Virus record (IMG/VR): IMGVR_UViG_3300034735_000012
Strand: one strand, 5' to 3'
DNA length: 64,000 nt
Source of the DNA: an uncultured virus (IMG/VR IMGVR_UViG_3300034735_000012)
Lineage: Duplodnaviria; Heunggongvirae; Uroviricota; Caudoviricetes
Shown: positions 9,545 through 20,301 of the stretch, piece by piece
Numbering within the stretch: position 1 is the stretch's first letter
How the letters are laid out: each line of letters opens with the position of its first letter
Program-made: the position numbers and the translations under genes
Notes under the pieces: model-generated
The model's input: the letters and a program-made list of their open reading frames with translations, nothing else
Told to the model about the DNA's origin: nothing
Databases searched by the model: none

Positions 9545-11487
9545 TATACCCCCACTACTTGAGCTATGTTTACAGTATATTTTGCTTTCTGTGCATCTAT
9601 AGCTTGCATGTTATTTGTTGTGTTAACAATATGTATAGCTTGATCGTATACAGTTTTAACTTCTTCATTGTTTTGATCTAAAAATACAGTTTTGAATTTA
9701 GATTTACCTGCTAAAGTTATAGGTACATAACCTATACTTGGGGGAGTTGTGTTATTATTTTTTGTAAACAAATAAGTTTTGCCATCGTTTGGCATATTTT
9801 TAAAGGTGTTTTTTATTTCATCTTCTATTATTTTTAAATCAGCATTTGGAACAACTTTATCAGCATTTGCAGTTCCAGTTTGTGCATTTGTTATATAAGC
9901 CATTAATGCTTTATAATCTTGAGCAGCACTTTCAACTTTAACTGTTCCATATACTGTTTTTGATGCGTGCTGTAATGTACCCGCAATTTTCGTAAATCCT
10001 GTTTTTGTCCTAGCCCAGATACCTTTTGGATCAGTGTCTGGAGTTATAGCATCAGATATTGGCGTACCATTTATATTTTTAAGGATTAGTGCCTCTAATC
10101 CGAATGGTGTTAATGCTTCATTATTTTTATTTGCTGTTGTGCTTGCCCCATCAGATAATGCAGTTGTGCCATAAATTGTTTCACTAGCATGTGGAGTTAT
10201 ATCTCTATATTTTTCAAATGATTTTTTACCTTGATTATCTATATGAATAATATAATCATCATTATCTGTTATTTTTTGTGTAAACTCGCCATAAACAGAA
10301 TTTAAATAATCATCTAAACTTTTGCATGTTAAAATGTATGCCCCTGGTGTTCCATTATCAATATTTTGTTTATTAGCTAATCTTGCTAAACCATAATAAT
10401 ATTGTGTGGCATCTGGTGGTTCATTTGGATCATTATAAATCCTAATCCAACTTTGCCTTACTCCATGAAGTTTAAAAAACTCATCTGGATTAACTGCACC
10501 ATAATAAAATTGTGAATATGGTTCTACAGGTATAGCAGTTGCGTAATTTGCATCTATATAATCATTAAGATTTTTTATTGTAACAGCATTAGGCATAACA
10601 CTATATTGTAGATCTTTCATTTCTCTAGCAGTTGCTAGCTTAGTTATACCATAATTTGTTGTTGTAGCATCTGGTTGTTGTGTAGCTTGTTGGTATGACA
10701 CCCATGCATTATTATGATATATATATGATGTATTAGGCTTTAAGTTAGCAGTTGGTGGAGCTTCTATAAAATCATGTTTACCTAATATTGCCGATATATC
10801 TTTTGGAGAGACGGCCGAATCTATATGAGCTTTATTATGTATTTCTTCTTTGGTTGAAAATCTAACAACCCCTTTTACTGTTTCGCTAGCTTTTACTAAA
10901 AGCGACAGCAAATCAACAAATGTATTATTATAGGCAACAGATGGAGTGCTTGGATTAGTATCAGCTAAAGCACCTAATTCTTCCAGTGATACAGTTACAT
11001 TTGTTAAGCCTTTAACGATATCTGTATATTTATTAGGTTTAAGATTAACAGAGGTTACCCCACGTGAATCTCTTATTTTAATAGGAGCTTTCTGTGTTTT
11101 ATCTAATGCGAATAGTAAATTGCCATTGTCAATTTTAACAGATGGGTTTTTTAGGTTAGGTATAACATTAGCATTAGGATAATCCTCTATTTCAGTTATT
11201 ATTTTTGATAATTTGTTTTGTATATCTAACGCTATAGATGAAAAGTCATAACATTTATATTTATTTAGTATGGCTATAGATTTTCCTAATATAATGCTAG
11301 CATTTGATATAAATTTATTTAATGTTATCTTGTTACCAAATAAAGACGTTTTTATATTATACAAAATAACTAATTTGTCTAATAACTGTGTTTTGATGTC
11401 AGAATCAAAAGTGATATTAATAACATCATATTTAGGATTATCCTTATCCTCTTTTGATCCAAGTAACTGATTTATTAAATTTGACAT
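9544..11487 (-). CDS. Tail fibre protein (647 aa)
   Basis: Fibre repeats KASETVKGVVRFST, DATTTNYGITKLAT, DATQYYYGLARLAN, HASETIYGTTALS, HASKTVYGTVKV; same architecture as the neighbouring fibres. Confidence 0.8.
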   Translation of the reverse strand: MSNLINQLLGSKEDKDNPKYDVINITFDSDIKTQLLDKLVILYNIKTSLFGNKITLNKFISNASIILGKSIAILNKYKCYDFSSIALDIQNKLSKIITEIEDYPNANVIPNLKNPSVKIDNGNLLFALDKTQKAPIKIRDSRGVTSVNLKPNKYTDIVKGLTNVTVSLEELGALADTNPSTPSVAYNNTFVDLLSLLVKASETVKGVVRFSTKEEIHNKAHIDSAVSPKDISAILGKHDFIEAPPTANLKPNTSYIYHNNAWVSYQQATQQPDATTTNYGITKLATAREMKDLQYSVMPNAVTIKNLNDYIDANYATAIPVEPYSQFYYGAVNPDEFFKLHGVRQSWIRIYNDPNEPPDATQYYYGLARLANKQNIDNGTPGAYILTCKSLDDYLNSVYGEFTQKITDNDDYIIHIDNQGKKSFEKYRDITPHASETIYGTTALSDGASTTANKNNEALTPFGLEALILKNINGTPISDAITPDTDPKGIWARTKTGFTKIAGTLQHASKTVYGTVKVESAAQDYKALMAYITNAQTGTANADKVVPNADLKIIEDEIKNTFKNMPNDGKTYLFTKNNNTTPPSIGYVPITLAGKSKFKTVFLDQNNEEVKTVYDQAIHIVNTTNNMQAIDAQKAKYTVNIAQVVGV

Positions 11488-11870
11488 TCTTTTTTAACCT
11501 CAACTGTGCCTTTGAAAAGAGGAACTTCCATTTCATTGTATTCATCTTCAAGTTCATCTTTTTTTACTAAGTTCACTTCATAATATAATGATTGTGAGTT
11601 TGTAGAATTTGTTACAATTTGGCAGTCAGGATTTTGATTTTCTTCATTATTATATAAATTTAATGTATCTATTTCAGACAAGTAAAAAGTAGAGTAACTA
11701 GAGCCTTTTATTGTTGCACAAAATCTTTTTATTTTTTCACACTTTTTGTTTAAAAAGGTTATATGTACAGTCCAGTCGGGTATATTATAAGTAGCATTTT
11801 TAAATAAAAAATTAATTGCAATAGCTTTAGGCTTACCTGCAATGATATCAGTAATTTGTATCGTTTCCAT
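11475..11870 (-). CDS. Small beta-rich tail protein, possible fibre-attachment (BppU N-terminal-like) domain
   Basis: 131 aa with LSEIDT...LYYEV...LFKGTVEV pattern; directly upstream of the fibre genes. Confidence 0.45.
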   Translation of the reverse strand: METIQITDIIAGKPKAIAINFLFKNATYNIPDWTVHITFLNKKCEKIKRFCATIKGSSYSTFYLSEIDTLNLYNNEENQNPDCQIVTNSTNSQSLYYEVNLVKKDELEDEYNEMEVPLFKGTVEVKKECQI

Positions 11871-14800
11871 GATCTCTCCTTTTACGTGAGCCTACATAGT
11901 TTTGTGTTATTTCTTTTGCAGTTGCCATTTTATACCCTGGCAACTGACTAACAATAGGAATAAGAGACATTATTTTCATTGTGTTATTAACTTCCGCAGC
12001 TACTTCTGGGCTAGTAAACTTTGCTAATTTTTCGCTATCTGGTCGTAATAATCTAGCTATACGGCCTAGTGTTGGGGAGACTACGCCTGAATATGTTTCT
12101 ACCGCTGGGCTTTTTGATGTTATAGCATGATGTGCAAACGATCCTCCGCCCAATAATCCTGCTCTTTCTACAGTTTCATAAGCGTTCATGCCTAAAGAAT
12201 TCTGCGTGCTTGGAGCTTCTTCTCCAAACAACGTGTACTGCATAAGCTCTCTAATTTTCCAACCTGCATAAGCTAACGGCATGTACATCATCGATACTGC
12301 GGATAGTGATAATAAGGTTTCTTTAGTTGCACGGCCATGCTCTTTTGAAAATATAAATTTAAATAACCCATTCAACCTTTCGTCTGATAAGTTGTTTCTT
12401 GTTCTGTAATTATCAAAACCCTCTTTATAAATCTCGCCTATTCTGTTATAAAAAGGTTTTACAACTTTATTATAATGACTATATATATATGATTTTAAAT
12501 TCCATAAAAGCGAATATCTAGGATCATTACCCAGTAAGGATTTTGTCGCTGGAGATCCACGCAACACGCTTTCATCTACGTATCTAAATAAAGCGTCTTG
12601 AATTGATTTTCTTTTTTTATCTATACCAGTACGTGCATTTATAAGATCAAAATCTTTTTTTATTACTCCATCCCAGTTAAGCATATCGTTTGGAGTTAAA
12701 CCATATGCAGACAGCTCTTTAAGTGCTTTCGACCTCATTGGGTGGTTAGCATCATTAGCTATCCTTGCGTATTCGCCTAAATTATATTTTGCTACTTGAA
12801 GATTTACAGCTTGAGTAAAGCCAACCCATTTTTCCTGCATGTTTGCATGAAATAGAAAATCTAAACCTTTGTTGGCAGACTCTCTTACACCGTGAGCATC
12901 AATAAAACTGTTTAAGCTAGTTGTAGATAGTTTTTCACAGATTAATCCTAAATCTATTGCTTCCTGCATGATTACTTTTTTTTTGCTTGGTAATAGTCCT
13001 GTAAACCATTCCGTATAGGTTTTACCCATGCTTTTAAACATGAAAGAGCCGTTCATTCCTTTTGTAGCCCCTCCCATCATTTCAGGTGCTGATGATAAAG
13101 CTGTAAATGCTAATGTTAGTATATTGCTATATGTTGTTATCATATCTTGTGTAGCAAGTAAACTATCTCCCATTAGTGTAGGTCTTCTTTGAAACATATT
13201 TTTCACTAATCTAAGCATTCTATTTCTTTCACTAGTGCCTTTATCATTTTCAATTCTTTTAAGGTTATCCTTTAAATTAATTGTTTCATCGTATAATCCA
13301 ATAACAGGCCTATTTTGCGTATCTGTTATATTTTTAGCGAATCCTTTGCTTCGTAAGACATCTAGTACTCCAGTGCCATCTAACATAAAGTTATTTCTTG
13401 GATTAAATAAGGACTCTTTTATATGTAACCAATCATTTAGATTACTTCCTAGGTCTGAATAAATGCTTATTAACGCTGAATGTTGATCTGGAGATAATCC
13501 GTTTCTCATTAATTCTCTTTCAAGAGAGACTAGTGTATTCATGTTTTCTGTAGATATATTTAATACATTTTTTGCAAATGAATTTTTAACTCTATTTAAG
13601 CTGGCAACATCTGTAGGATTACTAGTGATTGTACCAAACCCAGAAAACCGCTCTGTAAACGCTTCATTTTTTGCCATTTTGTTTATAGTATTTGACAAAG
13701 TAGCAAGTGGATTTGTATTTATATATTCCTTTTCTATAAGGAATTGAACTAATTGCTTGTCTTGAAAAAGCTCATTCGGAATAAAATTTAGCAACCCATT
13801 TTTGCTAGGTATATTATTTGATTTAAATTCATCTACTATTTTTTGCTTATCAGAAATACTATTTAAAAAAGTACTTCCATTTTGTATGTTTTTTTCTTTT
13901 TTATTAGCAAGCATTTCTGTATATTGCGATTCACTGATAACTCCATTGTTTTTTAAATCTAAATATTGTTTTTCAGCTATTCTATTAAGTGCATTTGTAA
14001 ATTCGGCAGAAACAGTGTCAGAATTATTAAACATGCGAGAAGTATTTAAAATAGGGTCTACTACAATTTTTTTATCTGGATCACTTGTGCCTTTTCTTTT
14101 GTTTTCTATCTCTTGCAAAGCTGAACTTATTCCTTTAGAGATATCAGTTGTAGGAGTACTACCTGTAATTAACTCAACCATTGATTTATCTAAGATGGCT
14201 AAATTTTTTTCTTTAATTGTAGGTTTTGGAGATAACATGCCATATTTTTTATGTATCAAATCTTTTACTGCAATACCATCTGCTGTTTTATGCTCTAATG
14301 CGGTATTCATGAAAGTGTTTGTATATTGAGCATATGCAGTATCATACGCTTGCGTTATTGGTTTATTGCTGTGATATGGATTAGTGCCACTTATTTTTTT
14401 GTTAGGTACGGCTGAAAGCAATGATGACATTTGTGGATCAATATCATGCATATTTTTTTGTATTGTTAAAAAAGCATCACTTAATGCTTTTTTTGCATCA
14501 TTTAAAACAGGACTTCTCTCTACATTAACATAGTTGCCGTTATTATCTCTACCACCACCGTTACCACCATCATTACCACCACCGTTACCACCATCATTAC
14601 CACCACCGTTACCAACACTTCTGCCATTACCATCAGTAGCATTATCGGTAAAGCTATTATTTAATTCAGATAAAACCCTTTGAATTTCTGGCGATTCATT
14701 GCTAAAGTCTCTTAATGTAGAACTTAATATATTATCTACTTTCTTAGTGCGAGCATCTAGCATTTTACCCTGATTTTCTGTTATTGAACCATTTACATAA

Positions 14801-15036
14801 TCCATATAGATATCAGTTGAGACATCTGCTGAAAACTCTTTTCTAAAACTCTCTCTTTCAGCTTGTGATAGATCGTAAGAGTTAACACCAGTAACAGTTT
14901 TTGGGCTGTTTTTTATTGATATATGCTCTTGAGCTGTGTGTATTTTTTCATTGGCAACAATAGCTTTTTTTATATTTTCAGTATTTTTATTTTTAATTTT
15001 TCCTTTAGGAATTAAATAACAAACTTTATTGTTCAT
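11848..15036 (-). CDS. Large internal virion / ejection protein (~1060 aa)
   Basis: Large helical protein with a GGNDGGN linker and C-terminal LWNLKSY...AGLLG pattern seen in podophage ejection proteins. Start placed at ATG 15036 (ATGA overlap with the upstream stop). Confidence 0.6.
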   Translation of the reverse strand: MNNKVCYLIPKGKIKNKNTENIKKAIVANEKIHTAQEHISIKNSPKTVTGVNSYDLSQAERESFRKEFSADVSTDIYMDYVNGSITENQGKMLDARTKKVDNILSSTLRDFSNESPEIQRVLSELNNSFTDNATDGNGRSVGNGGGNDGGNGGGNDGGNGGGRDNNGNYVNVERSPVLNDAKKALSDAFLTIQKNMHDIDPQMSSLLSAVPNKKISGTNPYHSNKPITQAYDTAYAQYTNTFMNTALEHKTADGIAVKDLIHKKYGMLSPKPTIKEKNLAILDKSMVELITGSTPTTDISKGISSALQEIENKRKGTSDPDKKIVVDPILNTSRMFNNSDTVSAEFTNALNRIAEKQYLDLKNNGVISESQYTEMLANKKEKNIQNGSTFLNSISDKQKIVDEFKSNNIPSKNGLLNFIPNELFQDKQLVQFLIEKEYINTNPLATLSNTINKMAKNEAFTERFSGFGTITSNPTDVASLNRVKNSFAKNVLNISTENMNTLVSLERELMRNGLSPDQHSALISIYSDLGSNLNDWLHIKESLFNPRNNFMLDGTGVLDVLRSKGFAKNITDTQNRPVIGLYDETINLKDNLKRIENDKGTSERNRMLRLVKNMFQRRPTLMGDSLLATQDMITTYSNILTLAFTALSSAPEMMGGATKGMNGSFMFKSMGKTYTEWFTGLLPSKKKVIMQEAIDLGLICEKLSTTSLNSFIDAHGVRESANKGLDFLFHANMQEKWVGFTQAVNLQVAKYNLGEYARIANDANHPMRSKALKELSAYGLTPNDMLNWDGVIKKDFDLINARTGIDKKRKSIQDALFRYVDESVLRGSPATKSLLGNDPRYSLLWNLKSYIYSHYNKVVKPFYNRIGEIYKEGFDNYRTRNNLSDERLNGLFKFIFSKEHGRATKETLLSLSAVSMMYMPLAYAGWKIRELMQYTLFGEEAPSTQNSLGMNAYETVERAGLLGGGSFAHHAITSKSPAVETYSGVVSPTLGRIARLLRPDSEKLAKFTSPEVAAEVNNTMKIMSLIPIVSQLPGYKMATAKEITQNYVGSRKRRDHGNDTNY
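14550..14615 (-). repeat. 24-bp coding tandem repeat (GNGGGNDG)
   Basis: accaccaccgttaccaccatcatt repeated about 2.5 times. Confidence 0.85.
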
Positions 15037-18000
15037 GTACACACCCTTGTAGTTTCAGAGGTTACTGTTCCATTTTCACTTGTTTTTTGTAGTGTCGTTA
15101 AATCATCTGGTGAAAAGATTTTCATGTTATTCTCAAGAAAATCTTTTGATATTTCTTTTTTTAGTTTTTTTGCAGTTTCATTTGCAAATGTATTAACATT
15201 TTGTACTCTTTCTCTTGCAGACCCAGTTTGCATATCGGGTAAAACAAAAAAAGTACCTTTTTGTGTTTCTTTATATCCTCCAGTAAATTCTCCAGAAATT
15301 TTTGAGCTATCACTAAAAAATTCTTTTTCAACTAAATGGTTAAAATCAGCTTTAGATAATATATTTGTATTTGATTTTAATGCTAACTTTTTGCCGACTT
15401 TGTGGAACATGCTCACTTCCTCTGGGCTGTATCCTTTACTATAAACACGAACTTTACTTTTTTTAGCTTCTGCTGATAGAGAATTAGTTTTTTTAGTACT
15501 AACTATTGTGCTAGAGCCATCTAAACTAAATTTTCTAACTGTTTCTTTTCCTAAGTGATCTACAGGATTTTCTCCCATCAGACCCTCAACTCCCATTTCG
15601 CCATCTGAAACAATTTTAGTTTCTAGGCTGGTATGCTTTCTTCTATTAATTTCACGTAATTCTGCTTGAGTAGCGTTGTTTAAATACTCCACATTATTGG
15701 GATCATTTAAATGTTTTGTATATAGCCGATCAGTTTCTCCGCTTATATCAAAACCATCAGGGAAATAAGATTTTGAATCTTGTAGTGATAATTCATATTT
15801 ATTTACAGCCCTTTCTGCTTCTAAATGTAATGCACTTTTTTTAAGCGGATTTTTAGCGTATACCTTAGCTGCTTCTTTTTTCATAATATCAAACCGCTGT
15901 TTTGAATCCATAAATCTATATTCTGGCTGATATTTTTTTCTATCTAGTATTTTGAGTGCTATATCTACGATTGCTTTCTTTTCGTTTAGCATATGAGTTA
16001 ACTGAAATGCTGATAACGCAGTAGTATCGCCTATTGTTCTATAGCGGTTTCTTGTAAAAATCCTCTCTCCAACTTCATTTGTTTTATATTCAAAGTCTAC
16101 TTTTGTAGCTCCTAGACCATGAGGATCATTAGTTCTAAGGTGTAAAAATTCTTCAAATGATACATTGGACTTAGCAAAGGCAAGCTCTTTATGAACCTCT
16201 CTTAATGTTTTTAAATTTTTTTCAGCTTCTATTGATTTCTGTAATGCTTTATCAGTTTTATTTTTTTGTGCCTTATATGCCTCTTTATTTTTTCCGTTGA
16301 TAGTTCCTAATAAGTATCTTTCTCTTTTATATGTACCATAAGATGTTTTCATCGTTCCCTCTGCATCATTTAATGCTTTAAGTGCAGGCGATCTTGCATT
16401 CTTCTTCAAAGTTTTTTTTCGGGCTTCTTGAAAAAATTTATAACTAAGGAATGATCTTCTTAATTTAGTTACTGCAAATGGCTCATTAGGCAACATTCTA
16501 GGTAACTTATGGCCATCTGCATGGGGGAAGAAATGTAATGATTCTCCAAACATATCAACCATATTTGGAGCTGTTTCAGTGATATAATTAAAGGCTTCTA
16601 CATTTTGTTTGTTTAAATCTCTAAATGTTTCTAAATTATTATATGTGGTTTCTTTTATTTTAGAGTCAAACGTGGTTGTTTTCCCATAGTTAGAATATAA
16701 ATCATTAGGCACTCCATGTTTTGCTAGTAGATTTGTTTCATAGATGCACGCCAATCCTTGATTAAATAAATCTTTTGTTGTCGGGTTTAGAGCATTAAAG
16801 TGATCTGGAGCTTGTATTTGCATACGTGAATCTACTAACCGCCCTAGATTAAGTATTTCATTTGTGCTTATTACAGTAGTTAGGTTAGAATTATATATTT
16901 GCAAAAAACCGTTAGTTAAATAACTATCTATTTTTATAAGTTTATTTTCATAAAATGTTACTTTTTCCCCTGCAAGTTTTCTGTCTGCTTCCGATAAATT
17001 TAAATTATTTTGCTTGTTTTGATATTCTTCTAATTTTAGTATTGCTATTTTTTTTTCATTTCTCTTTGATATGTATTCTTTTTCGGATAGCACAATAGAG
17101 TCTTTTATCTTAGTTTGCACTTCTTTTCTAAATGAGGTGTGCCTACTATCTTCTTGCTTAACAATTACAAACCTATCTTCTGTTTTGCTTGCTATTTGAT
17201 TAGCAAGATCAGCCTCTAATCCTGTTAATTTTTTTGCTTCATCTAAAGACACAACAAAATAGTGTTCAGAGGGTCTTTCTGCTTTAAGATTTACTGAATC
17301 ACTCAAAGCATCAGCTTTGTTATCATACGACCTTAATTCTGTTTCAACAGTAAATGATGTTGCTTTTACTTTTTTGCCATTCGCAGTAAACGAATCAAAT
17401 TGATTAGCAATTATTCTACTTTCTAATTCAGGGAACATTGTCTGCACGACTTGTAAGTTTTTTATAGCGTGTTCCTTATTAAAGACTTTTTGATTTATAT
17501 TAATATTTTCTTTTATATGGCTTTTAGTGCCTAGTACAACAGGTTGACGATCGTCTATACTAAACATATACCCGAACATTGATTCATGTGCTAAATCGGC
17601 TTTTTCTATATCAGTCAAGTTGTAAAAGTTAGCTTCGTGATGATGGCTGTTTTCATCGAAATTATGAAGTAGTTCAGCATTTAATTCATCAAATTTAGCT
17701 ATAAATAGGTTTTGTTCTCCGTGTATTAAATTAGGCTTATCTATATTAGCACCAGTTACGTCTTTAAATATTACATTATAATTATAAGGTTCATTTGGGC
17801 TATTAACGCCTGAATTTACATCAAACGATGAATTTGCTATTGATGATTTGTGCAATAGATCATTTGCTGATTTATTTATCGCTTCTGATAAGGTTAAGTT
17901 TTTATTTTTTAAAACACCATCGTAAGCGTCTCTAAGGGCATTAACAGCGATTTTATTGTGGTCAGTGAGTGAATCAAACTTTACTTTATTATTATCTATA

Positions 18001-20298
18001 TCCTGTAATATTTGATTGGTTTCTTTAATAGCATTGAACCTGCTTTCCGACTCTATCCCAAGAACTGTTTTTTGCCCTTTATTTAACGATGAATATTCTT
18101 GAGATACTAGACTAGAAAATACTTTTTTTATTCTTCCGCCTAAAGTTTTTTTTTGTTGAGAATTTAACCTATTAGAATCTAATAAGGTTCTAGCTTTATT
18201 TAATTCGCTTATTCCTCTCCCGAAGTTAGTGCTTGCACTGTTTTTTTCATTTGACTGTGCTTCACTTTTCCCAGACCCCTTTTCCGCAGATAATTTTTCG
18301 CTTCCTGTTTTCCTTGTGCCTGCCTGTTGACCATCATTTCCAACGGATTGACCTGCGGAGTTCCCATTTTTGCTCGCAAATAATTTGTTGATGCTAGCCT
18401 TGTTATATCCTGATCCGTTAACGGTATTTTCACTATAAGCTCCTGCGTGATGGTATTCAAGATTGTTTAAAAGCATTCGCTTGTATTTGCTTGAATAATT
18501 GTGATCTTTTAATACATGCTCTATATAATTGCTTCTAGCATTAATATAACCATGCTCGGCCATATGTTCATTTAATGCATGTAAATCTGCTATGCCCTCT
18601 TTACTATTAAGCATATTAGTTTGCGGATCAAGACTAAAATATATAGGTTGCTTTTTATTTATACTTTCAGCAATATTAGCACTATTAAGATCAACAGTAT
18701 TGTTTTTTCTTTTTAATGTTACTTCTCTTGCAGTATTACCGCCATTTTCTGAATAATATTCATTTTCTTCTCCTCTTATTTTAGCAAGCCTATTGAATAA
18801 AGATTTCCCTCTTTTATCTTCATCATTAATGCGGAAATTTGCTTTATTTTCAGTTCTTCTTGGCACATCTCTATCTGGAGATACTGATCTTTGGTTATTA
18901 GTTGTATTTTGGTTATTAGGCTCATTACTAGGCTTGTTAGTTGAGTTATTAGGCTTATTGCTAGGCTTGTTAGTTGAGTTATTAGGCTNNNNNNNNNNNN
19001 NNNNNNNNNNNNNNNNNNNNNNNNNNNNNNNNNNNNNNNNNNNNNNNNNNNNNNNNNNNNNNNNNNNNNNNNNNNNNNNNNNNNNNNNTCTGATTATTAG
19101 GTTCTTCATTAGTATTTTTATTCTGATTATTAGGTTCTTCATTAGTATTTTTATTCTGATTATTAGGATCATTATTAGGGTTGTTATTCTGGTTATTAGG
19201 ATCATTATTAGGGTTGTTATTCTGGTTATTAGGATCATTATTAGTATTTTTATTCTGATTATTAGGATCATTATTAGGGTTATGTGTTGCGTTATTAGGA
19301 TCATTACTAGGCTTATTGGTATTATGTCTATTTGTATTTTGCCCTGATCTTCTTCTCTCGGCATAAGTAGATGCTATCTTACTAAGCCCAATGCCTCCCA
19401 ACCCAAATGTACCGCCTACAACTACACCCATAGTTGCCGCTTGACCAATACTATAAAGTTCGTTTGATGCACCTCTAGTATTTCCTGTAATTAGCCTACT
19501 AAGCGAATTATTTGTTTCTAATGCTCCCTCTACTATTGCTTGACCACCTAACGACGTGAAAAATTTAGTAGTGTTGGAATACTTGTTTATATTGTCTATT
19601 GATACAACACCACCCAACGAATCTAGTACAGGTTTTTGTATTCTATTATATAATGCATTTGCTAATACAGCACTTGACGCACCTGCGTATAATCCTTTTA
19701 TTAAACTAGGATCATTTCCATTGTTCATATTTTCTTTTAAATTAGACCCAGCTCCTTGAACAAATGCTGAATATGTTAATGCTGATCTAGCTTTATCAGA
19801 TAATATTCCAATACCAAGCTCTTTTTTTGCTTTATTTATTGTAGCTTTTTTAGTAGCTTCGTCTACAGCACTTGCTCCAACACGTCTTTTTGTTTCATTT
19901 AGTAAGTGTTTTCTTGCTTGCCGATCAGTAAGTCCTCGCCTGACCTGTTGTGCAATTCCTGCTTTTATTGCACGTTTAGTTAATACAGTACCTGCTGATG
20001 CTCCGAAAGTAACTAATCCTGAAAGGAACAGTCCGAAATCTATAGCTCCAGAGCCTATGAACTCCCCTATATGTCCGCTAAGTGTTCTTTCTTTAGGTGC
20101 TTCTGCTTCACGTTTAGCTATATCTGCATAAATTCTTCTTTTTGTTTCTTCTGCTCCTAAAGCACCGCTAAGAGTAGCATAAATTGCTCTATAATCATCA
20201 TTAGATGATGTAAATCCTCTACTTATACCACTGAAAAAACCATCTTCGTTATCTTTGTCATAGTCTACATTATTATTTCTTGATGGTTTATATTTCAT
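15033..20298 (-). CDS. Very large internal virion / ejection protein, probably one gene (~1750 aa) spanning the 100-N gap
   Basis: ORF 18982..20298 (Gly/Ala-rich hydrophobic helices, then NNDPNNQ repeats) enters the gap. The 15033 frame leaves it with related PNNSTNKPSN repeats. The frame difference is explained by the arbitrary gap length. Confidence 0.65.
18895..19325 (-). repeat. Asn/Pro-rich coding minisatellite (33-bp units, e.g. NNDPNNQNKNT) containing the assembly gap 18989-19088
   Basis: Repeated ctgattattaggatcattattag-type units on both sides of the 100 N. Confidence 0.9.
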
Positions 20299-20301
20299 CT
20301 T

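Noticed and set aside
19089..19364. Ile/Leu-rich N-terminus of the 1443-aa ORF (MPREEDQ...ILIIRIKIL)
   Set aside because: Out-of-frame reading of the Asn/Pro repeat, caused by the arbitrary 100-N gap.
11848..20298. N4-like virion RNA polymerase that would explain the hairpin elements
   Set aside because: Despite the N4-gp56-type capsid, I could not recognise RNA polymerase motifs in the large virion proteins, and the promoters found are sigma70-like.
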